A stretch of DNA of 29,073 nt from Candidatus Heimdallarchaeota archaeon B3_Heim (GTDB lineage: Archaea > Asgardarchaeota > Heimdallarchaeia > Hodarchaeales > Hodarchaeaceae), in NCBI GenBank assembly GCA_003144275.1, contig NJBF01000026.1:1-29073 (forward strand), in the 5' to 3' direction. The notes below the pieces were generated by a model, which saw nothing but the letters and a program-made list of their open reading frames with translations, searched no databases and had not been told where the DNA came from. How positions within the stretch are numbered: the first letter of the stretch is position 1; every line of letters begins with the position of its first letter. This document shows positions 1-8,116 of this stretch, piece by piece. Both the position numbers and the translations under genes were made by a program.

Positions 1-318
1 CACGTAGTTACAAGTGAATAAGACCCAAGAAGTTAGGAATTTTTCTTTTCATCACCTCGCTTGGAAGAGGTTATGGAGGGAGGCTTTTTATGAATGTAAG
101 AGAGAGGGAGAGGTTAGCGAATACGAGGAATCTCGCTTTGTCGGACAAAAATGATCATGTTGAAAACGGGTAGTTATTCAATAATTCGAATATATATTCT
201 TAACTAGTATGTGCAGTGAACTCTTGTGAGTGTAGGTATTGATGAAACAGATGTAATACTCACTTTTTTATTCGTTTAATTTTTGAAACAATTTCACAAG
301 CATAATGAATAGCACAGC

Positions 319-441
319 CTACCCAAAGATTTCTCCCTGGAATACAAAAAATACCCCAACAAAGAACAAAACACCCCATGTCAGCAGGTCGATGCCTGAA
401 AAATTATGGTACCAACCCTTATTTTCATCAGCCCTTGACAT
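319..441 (-). CDS. Possible 40-aa single-pass membrane microprotein (not in ORF track)
   Basis: Hand translation: MSRADENKGWYHNFSGIDLLTWGVLFFVGVFFVFQGEIFG*. Polar N-terminus then one hydrophobic segment; ATG start, TAG stop. No family recognised. Confidence 0.25.
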   Translation of the reverse strand: MSRADENKGWYHNFSGIDLLTWGVLFFVGVFFVFQGEIFG

Positions 442-660
442 ATCATAGATATTGAAAATCTCACTTTTAAACCATTTTTTTACAAATTGAAAACTAGAAC
501 TTGACCTATAATCTCGCTGTCTTTATAGCGAATCGGTGGGGAGTAGAGCTTCAATGAACTTTATAGTAGAGAAGGATATTTTATTCACAATCTTGGTTAA
601 ATAGATTTAATTTTTCTTACATTCTGCCACTGATCGCACACGAGCGCTTGTTTCTAAACA

Positions 661-695
661 ATGTGGAAAGAGTCAGTCCTCTCGTTTACTTCGAA
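661..695 (+). repeat. Dispersed intergenic repeat, copy 1 (35-bp core)
   Basis: atgtggaaagagtcagtcctctcgtttacttcgaa; 33/35 identical to 1703-1737. Confidence 0.9.
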
Positions 696-821
696 GTTTC
701 ACTTCATTTTACCATTGTATCTCATAATTAGAAAATCAAAGTAAAAAGAAAAACGTTGGAGAAAAAAATTAAATAATTCACTTTATCCGTAATATAGAGT
801 GCCAAAGGAGAAATTCTGACT

Positions 822-1673
822 ATGAGTAATAAACCACGGTTATCAGAATCCATAGGAGTAATCGGTACAGGAATAATGGGAACTTCCCTGATTAGAGGAT
901 TATTGAAAGAAAAATTGGTGAGTCCTGATCAAATACTTGCATATGACATTATAAACGAGCTACTAATGGATCTAGTTGAAGAAACTGGTATCAATGCAGC
1001 CTTAAATAATCAGCAAATAATTGAGCAAAGCGACATTATTTTCATCTGTGTTAAACCCCAAGTATTTCTAACAACCCTCCAAAAACTGCAAATTGCTTTC
1101 ACAAGTGATCATTTGGTAATATCAATCGCTGCTGGTGTACCTTTATCCATTATAGAAGAATTAACTGGAAATGCACGATGTGTAAGGATAATGCCCAATA
1201 TGCCTTTTCAGGTAGGAGAAGGGGCAGCTGGCTATAGTCTTGGAACCAGAAATGATAATCGAGACTCAGAAATTGTCGAAATCGTCTTTGGTTCCTTAGG
1301 AAAGGTCTTTCAGTTCCCAGAATACTTGCTAGATGCAGTCACAGGTCTTTCTGGAACAGGTCCTGCGTATGTATTTGTGTTTATAGAAGCATTAGCCGAT
1401 GGAGGTGTTTTAGCAGGTTTACCCCGGCGTGAAGCACTTATTTTGAGTGCACAGACCGTTATGGGTGCTGCTAAGTTACTTTTAGAACAAAATGTACATC
1501 CAGGGATTTTAAGGGATGCTATCATGTCCCCAGGAGGCACTACAGCTTCAGCTTTGCAATTAATGGAAGCTCGTGGGTTTCGTTCAATTCTGATTGATGC
1601 TGTAGAGGCGGCAACTAAAAAATCACAATTCTTGGGCCAAAACAATCTTTCACAATCCGATCACCTTGTATGA
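822..1673 (+). CDS. proC: Pyrroline-5-carboxylate reductase
   Basis: N-terminal Rossmann GVIGTGIMG, then CVKPQ, SIAAG, RIMPN, VTGLSGTGPAYVF and the C-terminal SPGGTT signature. Confidence 0.97.
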   Translation: MSNKPRLSESIGVIGTGIMGTSLIRGLLKEKLVSPDQILAYDIINELLMDLVEETGINAALNNQQIIEQSDIIFICVKPQVFLTTLQKLQIAFTSDHLVISIAAGVPLSIIEELTGNARCVRIMPNMPFQVGEGAAGYSLGTRNDNRDSEIVEIVFGSLGKVFQFPEYLLDAVTGLSGTGPAYVFVFIEALADGGVLAGLPRREALILSAQTVMGAAKLLLEQNVHPGILRDAIMSPGGTTASALQLMEARGFRSILIDAVEAATKKSQFLGQNNLSQSDHLV

Positions 1674-1702
1674 AATCATATACGGGCAATTTCCAAGAAG
1701 AA

Positions 1703-1810
1703 ATGTGGAAATGGTCAGTCCTCTCGTTTACTTCGAAATAATAGCCTTGATGAGTCGTAAAAAGATTTTTATTGAGTCTTCTGGTCATTTGTCTGGTGGT
1801 TTCTTTTTTC
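1703..1810 (+). repeat. Dispersed intergenic repeat, copy 2 (core plus ~75-bp extension shared with copy 3)
   Basis: Core atgtggaaatggtcagtcctctcgtttacttcgaa, then taatagcctt, gagtc and tgtctggtggttt blocks that are collinear with 2591-2700. Confidence 0.9.
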
Positions 1811-1885
1811 ATGAGTTTTTCCAAAGAAGTAACAACTGGAGAAGCTTTATTTTTCATCTTAAAACCAAAATTTATCTGGATTTAA

Positions 1886-2503
1886 ATGAGTTTAATGTTT
1901 TGGATAAGCATATTAGGAGAAATTATAATTTTTCCTCTCTATATTTGGTCATTAGAACATCAGATGTTACGAAAGAAGTTCGGTAAATCCAAGGGGGAAA
2001 GAATTGGGGATATATTAGGCCTCATTTCAGGTTGGGGCTATTTTCTTTTTATGTTTGGAATATGGTTAGCTCCTCAACCACGCTTCAGTATTCCTCTTTT
2101 CTCAGAGATATCCTTAATGCTCCCAGTTGTTAATTTAAATACTCCCATCATCCATGTTCTTATCTTCTTACCTATTATTGTTGTAGTACTATGGTTTTCT
2201 TTCATGGGTGTTAAAGAGGTAACCTTTAAGGTAGCTGAAACCCATCGACCAGAGAGAGTTATTAGTACAGGAGTTTATAGACGAGTTAGACACCCTCAAT
2301 ACATGGGAGCACTGCTTGCCCATTTTGCAATATCTGTTCTTCTATCCGCACTTTACTCCTTTCTCCTTACACCCCTTATGTTTATTTATCTTTATATAAT
2401 AGCAAGAAAGGAGGAAAAAGAATTAATTCGGGAATTTGGTTCCGATTATGAAGAGTATAGAGCGAAAGTACCAATGTTGCTCCCAAAAATTAGTTTAAGA
2501 TAA
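1886..2503 (+). CDS. Isoprenylcysteine carboxyl methyltransferase (ICMT/PEMT) family membrane methyltransferase
   Basis: Several TM segments, then TGVYRRVRHPQYMG and EEKEL...FG..Y..Y...VP, the conserved C-terminal motifs of the ICMT/Ste14 family. Confidence 0.9.
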   Translation: MSLMFWISILGEIIIFPLYIWSLEHQMLRKKFGKSKGERIGDILGLISGWGYFLFMFGIWLAPQPRFSIPLFSEISLMLPVVNLNTPIIHVLIFLPIIVVVLWFSFMGVKEVTFKVAETHRPERVISTGVYRRVRHPQYMGALLAHFAISVLLSALYSFLLTPLMFIYLYIIARKEEKELIREFGSDYEEYRAKVPMLLPKISLR

Positions 2504-2590
2504 GATTCCTTTAGAAGGATCCGTTTACAATGATTCTTACACACTCCCACTAGTCTCTCTCGAGCTCATTCTTTTCTATTTAAAACAAAA

Positions 2591-2700
2591 ATGTGGAAAT
2601 GGGCAGTCCTGTCGTTTCCTCATTAGTAATAGCCTTAAAGAGTCCAAATGAGTATATGTTGACTCTCTTCTGATCTTCTGTCTGGTGGTTTTTCCTCTCC
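2591..2700 (+). repeat. Dispersed intergenic repeat, copy 3
   Basis: atgtggaaatgggcagtcctgtcgttt...taatagcctt...gagtc...tgtctggtggttt; aligns to copy 2 over ~110 bp. Confidence 0.85.
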
Positions 2701-2894
2701 CTTCCTTTTTTGTTTAGATGCTAAAATTAGATTAGTGAGTAAGAATATAAGTGACGAAAGGACTAGAAAATTACATTTCTCTCTTGTCCTCTAATTGTTA
2801 GAAGATTGGAAATGTCTATGAGTCAAAGAGAGGTGAAGAGAAAGATGCAAAAGTTTGTGCTAATATTTCCAAGCATTAGTAGCGTGGGTATTTT

Positions 2895-4550
2895 CTAGCT
2901 TAATTTAGAGTCTAATCCAAAAATACCTGGATTCATGATCTTATTCGGATCAAGCGCGTTTTTAATACTTCTAAGCGTTTTTAACCCTTCATCTCCGATC
3001 TCCGCTAGATAATTAGAGATAAACGATCGGCCGATTCCATGATGATGACTTAGAGTTCCGCCATATGCTTGGAATGTATCTAAGACCTTCTTCCTGATAC
3101 GATAATACTGGGTGAATTCGTCCTTCTCCTTCTGCGGGGCAACTAGTGTAAAATAGAGATTGGCACCATTGGGGTAAAAATGGCTTCCATGCGTCCAGAG
3201 AATCGGACATTCGGGTTTCAATATTTTTCTTGTTACACGATATAAAATCATTATATTATCCCACGTGGTACTAGTTTCAAATGTTTCAATAAGGATACCA
3301 TGATCAATGAGGGGATCACGGACAAAAGGAAGTTCATATCGTCTTTTGTACCAGCTTTTTGCAGGTCTTGATCCGATATATACTCCTTTATATCTGTTAA
3401 AAGACTTTTTTGCCTGTTTGAATGTTAAGGCAACAAGCGCGGGATCACCTTCAAACGAGAGAACACCCATACTCCGTGTTCCATCTTTATAGCCTTTTTT
3501 TTCTAAGAGTCCCAAGAGCATTCGATATGAAAAAGGCATTTTGGGGGTATCACGCATTAACGCTTGAGCTACAATATTGTGATAGGTCTCTTCGCTATCT
3601 GAAATCCTCATCACCGCAGGACGATATCCGTTCTGTAGAATCTCTTTATAGGCCAAAAGTCCTTCTTCAAAGCTTTTGAAGAAAAAAGCTGACAAACGTG
3701 TCTTTCTAGGAGTTTTCCAAACACGCAGGGTCATTTCGGTAATTATACCAAAAGTTCCTTCGGAACCGAGCAGTATATGATTGATATCGGGCCCGGTTGC
3801 TCGTGCAGGGGCTTTTCTGGTGATTAATGTTTCTCCTAAACCCGTGACAAACTTCATCCCCATCACCATATCTTCAATTTTGCCGTAAAGGGTAGAATTC
3901 TGTCCTGCACCCCGTGTGGCCGCCCAGCCCCCCAATGTACTATATTCAAATGATTGAGGAAAATGCCCAAGAGTCAACCCATAGGTTTTTAGCTGGGCTT
4001 CTAAATCAGGCCCCAAAATTCCGCTTTCAACGGTGATATATTGGGCTTCTGGATTCACATCAATTATTTTATTCATCTGTGTTAAATTTACTGCGATGAT
4101 GCCGAGGGAAGGTTCAATACCCAGCGTGACAGATGTAGCTCCAGCAACAGTTGAAAGGGGCACTTTATGTTTATTCGCTAATTGGACAACTTTAACAACC
4201 TCCTCATGACTATGAGGAAAAACCACCAGTTCAACCACGGCTGGTATATCCGAAAAACGTGAGCGAAGTGATTCCACATAACCTTGACCTAAAGAGTTGG
4301 TGATGCGAGTCCAAGGATCAGTAGTTATTTGCGTTTTATCGATTAGTTGTGTTAACTCAGATTGAAAGGTAGCCGAAAGATGGGAATCACCTAGGATAGC
4401 ATCTAACGTCTTCTTTTGCGGGTATTTTTTGGGAAGGGTATCTGGATCCATGTCTAAATGCTGAAAAACGAATTTCTTAAGCGGTTCGGTTACTTTAATA
4501 TGAGCAGACTCACGATCTCCCCATTTTGTGGCATTTTTCAGAGGTTCCAT
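2895..4550 (-). CDS. FAD-linked oxidase, alkyldihydroxyacetonephosphate synthase (AGPS/ADPS)-like
   Basis: GHFPQSFEYSTLGGWAATRGAGQNSTLYGKIEDMV, GSEGTFGIITE, GANLYF, SHHHGIG and DPNKIMNPG match AGPS-type members of the VAO flavoprotein family. Confidence 0.85.
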   Translation of the reverse strand: MEPLKNATKWGDRESAHIKVTEPLKKFVFQHLDMDPDTLPKKYPQKKTLDAILGDSHLSATFQSELTQLIDKTQITTDPWTRITNSLGQGYVESLRSRFSDIPAVVELVVFPHSHEEVVKVVQLANKHKVPLSTVAGATSVTLGIEPSLGIIAVNLTQMNKIIDVNPEAQYITVESGILGPDLEAQLKTYGLTLGHFPQSFEYSTLGGWAATRGAGQNSTLYGKIEDMVMGMKFVTGLGETLITRKAPARATGPDINHILLGSEGTFGIITEMTLRVWKTPRKTRLSAFFFKSFEEGLLAYKEILQNGYRPAVMRISDSEETYHNIVAQALMRDTPKMPFSYRMLLGLLEKKGYKDGTRSMGVLSFEGDPALVALTFKQAKKSFNRYKGVYIGSRPAKSWYKRRYELPFVRDPLIDHGILIETFETSTTWDNIMILYRVTRKILKPECPILWTHGSHFYPNGANLYFTLVAPQKEKDEFTQYYRIRKKVLDTFQAYGGTLSHHHGIGRSFISNYLAEIGDEGLKTLRSIKNALDPNKIMNPGIFGLDSKLS

Positions 4551-4757
4551 TTTCTCTACATCATCCTTGGTTTATTCATGGAAACTATAGCATTACTTAT
4601 CCCATTGAAAGTCAGGTGAGGAAAGTTGGTCATAAACATCAGATCACCATTTATAAAGATTCATTTCTCCCGATTTTTCCCTTTCAAAAGTCACCCATCG
4701 CCTATTGGCTATATTTTGCTAGAAATGTTTACCTCTCATTAACGAGCTCCTCATTTT

Positions 4758-5363
4758 TCAGTTGAGTTTTCTACTATACTTTTCTTTCAGTTCAGCGTGT
4801 AATAAATCTGAGGCATAATCTGAATATTTTCTCATCGCTTCTGCTTCTAATCGTAAACCATTACAAATCCTATTGCTTTTGTACTCTGGGCATGATTTAC
4901 ATAGATCTTCCCGGTTTACAGCTTTCCTCACTTGTCTAAAAGAAATAAATCCAAGTAGAGTTATTAAGAGCCCCATTACCTTCACGACTATCTCTTCATG
5001 TAATACAAAGGCGGAGAACGGTAAACTTAACCCAATTCCTATCCCTGCTCTAGCTAGCCGTTTTATGCTTCTCTGCTCAATTTTTATGATTTCTACTACT
5101 AGAATTGGAATCAGAATGCCAATTCCTACGAATAAATAATGAACTGGGATGAATGTTATATGGAATAAAATTAGGAACAGGAGAGCGGAAAAAAAACACG
5201 TATAGACTATACTACATCCTTGGCAAAGGTATACTCCTCTGATGTTCCAGCAATGTTTATTGTAACTAGTGCAGATAGGATGATGGGCAAACTTAAAGCG
5301 CCAAGATACCTCCCAGCGTTTAAGAAAAAGTAGAATCGCGATGGGAAAATTGATAATTTCCAC
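4758..5363 (-). CDS. Cys/His-rich integral membrane protein (DUF2085-like metal-binding motif)
   Basis: HHPIC...HC...LCQGC before four TM segments and a C-terminal CKSCPE...C; GTG start 3 nt after the YbjQ-like stop. Confidence 0.6.
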   Translation of the reverse strand: MEIINFPIAILLFLKRWEVSWRFKFAHHPICTSYNKHCWNIRGVYLCQGCSIVYTCFFSALLFLILFHITFIPVHYLFVGIGILIPILVVEIIKIEQRSIKRLARAGIGIGLSLPFSAFVLHEEIVVKVMGLLITLLGFISFRQVRKAVNREDLCKSCPEYKSNRICNGLRLEAEAMRKYSDYASDLLHAELKEKYSRKLN

Positions 5364-5365
5364 CG

Positions 5366-5716
5366 TTATCTTATTGGTGTCACTCTAACAGCAGTTCCAT
5401 AAGCTATATTTGCTGTATTACCGCCTTTACCAATTTGATCGCTATCAAACTTTAACCCAATAATGGCGTTTGCTCCCATGCGGTTTGCATCGATAAACAT
5501 ACGATTTATTGCCTGATTTCTTGCCTCAATTGCCATTTCAGTAAAAGCTGTCACTTCGCCTCCACAAGTTGATTGGCAACCTGCTATGCAATCTCCTCCC
5601 ATTCCACGACTTCTTACAGTCGCGCCAAACGCTAATCCAAAGTACTGTTCAATTTTATATCCAGGAATCTCGTCAGTTGTACTAACAAGAATTCTTTCTT
5701 GTTGCTGATATGCCAT
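5366..5716 (-). CDS. YbjQ/UPF0145 family (putative heavy-metal-binding) protein
   Basis: STTDEIPGYKIEQYFGL...GGE...AR..A..RM...A..MGANAIIG.KFD...AYGTAV is the UPF0145 consensus. Confidence 0.92.
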   Translation of the reverse strand: MAYQQQERILVSTTDEIPGYKIEQYFGLAFGATVRSRGMGGDCIAGCQSTCGGEVTAFTEMAIEARNQAINRMFIDANRMGANAIIGLKFDSDQIGKGGNTANIAYGTAVRVTPIR

Positions 5717-5863
5717 ATAAAATCACAATTTAGCTTACATTCCAAAGGGGTTTATAAATTTTCAGATTACAGTTTACTATCTTCATTTTGAGGTGATGGT
5801 TGTCAACTGGGAGTTGTGAATTGGTGGGGGGCATAGTTCTCGAAAGAAAAAAACGGATTAATC

Positions 5864-6727
5864 TTACTCTAAAGATTCCAGCTCCACTTGTTTTCCAATA
5901 GCTGCGTCATAATAGATTTTCCGTGGAGTACTTTCAAACACGCCATAAGGACAACGTTCGACACATAAATTACAACCGATACATTTTTCCTGATCTACTC
6001 CTTCCACCTGAAATCCTTCTTGCTTAAGAATTGCCTGCGAATAGCAGGTAGTTTGACAGATATTACAATCCTCATCACATTTATCGGAATTAACCACCTG
6101 ACTGATGGTGAATGAAGGTAGTAATCCCCATCTGATCTCTGGTGTATACAAACCCGCACAATACTGATCACAATTACAGATGCTATCAATGTTAGGACGT
6201 ATTCCCCAAAGGATAGTGCCATAATGTCCTTGATTTCGTCTTTCAATGATTATCTCTTTTGCTTCATCCTTATCAATGAAACGTCCCTGTCCCTCGATGT
6301 GTCGTTTCCGATTGTAACGAGCAAGATGATTGATAAAGATACAGCGAAGGTCCGCTTCACCAGATGCCCCTTTCTTACAACTACAATAATGAAGATACAA
6401 GTCCTCAGCGTTGTTAAGCACTTGAAGTAATTCATCTAAAGAAGAAGCGACTTGCCCCCCTAGAAAATTCTTTGCAAAGTAATTGTAAAATGCTTTTTTG
6501 AGGCCAGTGTATGGTTTTCGATTCGCATCTGCAGCAATATCATAAGTCGCGTTATCCACCATTTTTTGCAGACGTGCCCCATAGAAATTATACCAATGTT
6601 CACGGAATTTCCCAGGAAAGATTTTCAGAAATCTTCCTGATTGAATGTCATACGCATCTTTTTGATGGTACCAGATTTTTCGAGTATGTTGATAGCAAGT
6701 GAGGCACATAATTTGATATTGCACCAT
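5864..6727 (-). CDS. 4Fe-4S dicluster (ferredoxin) domain protein
   Basis: C-terminal CDEDCNICQTTC and CIGCNLCVERCP motifs; additional YCSC and ICNCDQYC Cys clusters. Confidence 0.85.
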   Translation of the reverse strand: MVQYQIMCLTCYQHTRKIWYHQKDAYDIQSGRFLKIFPGKFREHWYNFYGARLQKMVDNATYDIAADANRKPYTGLKKAFYNYFAKNFLGGQVASSLDELLQVLNNAEDLYLHYCSCKKGASGEADLRCIFINHLARYNRKRHIEGQGRFIDKDEAKEIIIERRNQGHYGTILWGIRPNIDSICNCDQYCAGLYTPEIRWGLLPSFTISQVVNSDKCDEDCNICQTTCYSQAILKQEGFQVEGVDQEKCIGCNLCVERCPYGVFESTPRKIYYDAAIGKQVELESLE

Positions 6728-6917
6728 TTACGATTTTAAATAGATTTGGGTAGCAATATCACTCCCGTTCTTCTTTGATGGCTGATGGGTCCTTCTTTTC
6801 AATGATTTTTTTCTCCTCGAAAGCAACTAGTAAACATTAATGCTTACATCAATCTTATTCAAGAAAAGCTAATATAGGAGGTGAGACCTTTTTCTTAGAA
6901 GCTGAAAAACTCAGGAG

Positions 6918-7820
6918 ATGAAGGAAAGAATGACAATCCCTTATTCTGGTGAAAAGATAGCTCGTGCAAATAATCTTGAGATCTGTTATGATACCTTTGG
7001 TGAAGAAACCAATCCAGCAATCCTCCTAATTATGGGGTTAGGTGAGCAAATGATAACCTGGGAAGAGGTATTTTGTAAAGAACTTGCCTCTCATGATTAC
7101 TTTGTCATTCGTTTTGATAATCGGGACGTAGGACTATCCACGAAATTTGAGGATGCCCCCGTTCCCGACATATTTGCATTGATGCAGGGTGAACCCGTAG
7201 AAACCCCCTATCAGCTGATTGACATGGCAAAAGATGCAACAGGATTGTTGGATACATTAAAAATTCGTCATGCACATGTATGTGGGGTGAGTATGGGGGG
7301 CATGATCGCTCAGACAATAGCAATTGAATTTCCAGACAGAATCCGTTCTCTCATTTCAATTATGTCACATACTGGTAATCCTGATTTACCTCTATCTACA
7401 CCAGAGGCTTCAGCTGCCTTAATAGCTCCCCCTGAACCAGAACGGACTGCTCGGATTGAACAAGGAGTAGAAATGTGGAGGATTTTTGACGGAGGAATCC
7501 TATCCTTCGATGAAGATTCCATCCGGAAACGTCTTGCACGATCCTATGACAGGTCTTTTTACCCCCTAGGAACAGTTCGGCAACTAGCTGCCATCTTTAC
7601 TTCCGGAAGGCGCACAGAAGCACTTAAATCGATTAAAATCCCCTCTCTTGTGATACACGGTGATGCAGACCCCCTTGTTCCGATTGAAGGAGGTCGTGAT
7701 ACTGCCGATTCAATTCCAGGAGCCAAATTTGTAAGTATTGATGGAATGGGCCATAATATCTCCCCTGCTCTTGCTCCTCAAATCATCAGTGAAATCCTTG
7801 ATCATATTAAACATACATAA
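6918..7820 (+). CDS. Alpha/beta fold hydrolase (esterase)
   Basis: IMGLG oxyanion motif, RFDNRDVGLS, nucleophile elbow GVSMGG, HGDADPL (Asp) and GMGH (His); SD-like caggag before ATG. Confidence 0.95.
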   Translation: MKERMTIPYSGEKIARANNLEICYDTFGEETNPAILLIMGLGEQMITWEEVFCKELASHDYFVIRFDNRDVGLSTKFEDAPVPDIFALMQGEPVETPYQLIDMAKDATGLLDTLKIRHAHVCGVSMGGMIAQTIAIEFPDRIRSLISIMSHTGNPDLPLSTPEASAALIAPPEPERTARIEQGVEMWRIFDGGILSFDEDSIRKRLARSYDRSFYPLGTVRQLAAIFTSGRRTEALKSIKIPSLVIHGDADPLVPIEGGRDTADSIPGAKFVSIDGMGHNISPALAPQIISEILDHIKHT

Positions 7821-7852
7821 AGAATTGAACAGGGCAGATTCCAGAGGGTTGA

Positions 7853-8094
7853 GGCTCGAATGAAGATATTTTGCATCCCGATAATGCAGGGATAAAAACT
7901 ACTGATAAAGGGCAGATCTAGGTGGATGAATGCCCTCATTCTTCTCAAGACAATATCTGGGCATTTGGCGATGTTAATGGCAAATTTTTGTTTAAACATG
8001 CTGGGAACAATGAGTCGGTCTTAGTTTACTATAATGCTGTTTTCAATAGGAGAAGGTAGATTACCATGAAGGACGACATGTGAGGATTTACTAA
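7853..8094 (+). pseudogene. Internal fragment of a pyridine nucleotide-disulphide oxidoreductase (dihydrolipoamide dehydrogenase/MerA class)
   Basis: Hand translation from 7853: GSNEDILHPDNAGIKTTDKGQI*VDECPHSSQDNIWAFGDVNGKFLFKHAGNNESVLVYYNAVFNR, then a frameshift to KVDYH at 8053. Matches the second FAD-binding (IWAxGD) segment of the family. TAG at 7919-7921. Confidence 0.75.
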
Positions 8095-8116
8095 AGGTGT
8101 GAGATTTAGCGATAGT

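Noticed and set aside
1310-1986. ORFs 1310-1645(-), 1615-1857(-) and 1666-1986(+)
   Set aside because: They overlap proC, the repeat or the ICMT gene; the frames are not preserved in the other repeat copies and show no protein motifs.
661-2700. CRISPR array or integron attC interpretation of the direct repeats
   Set aside because: Spacing is ~0.9-1 kb with whole genes between copies, not 30-40-bp spacers. There are no RYYYAAC/GTTRRRY ends or extended attC-type hairpin, and no integron integrase nearby.
2895-2909. Peroxisomal PTS1-like SKL at the end of the AGPS-like protein
   Set aside because: The protein ends SKLS, so SKL is not terminal, and the host appears prokaryotic; most likely coincidence.
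3013-7522. Short ORFs inside the AGPS-like, membrane, ferredoxin and hydrolase genes (e.g. 3013-3210, 3307-3492, 3422-3679, 4526-4765, 4873-5139, 5995-6246, 6224-6430, 6250-6435, 6511-6702, 7105-7323, 7310-7522)
   Set aside because: Antisense or alternate-frame shadows of well-supported longer genes, with no independent motifs.
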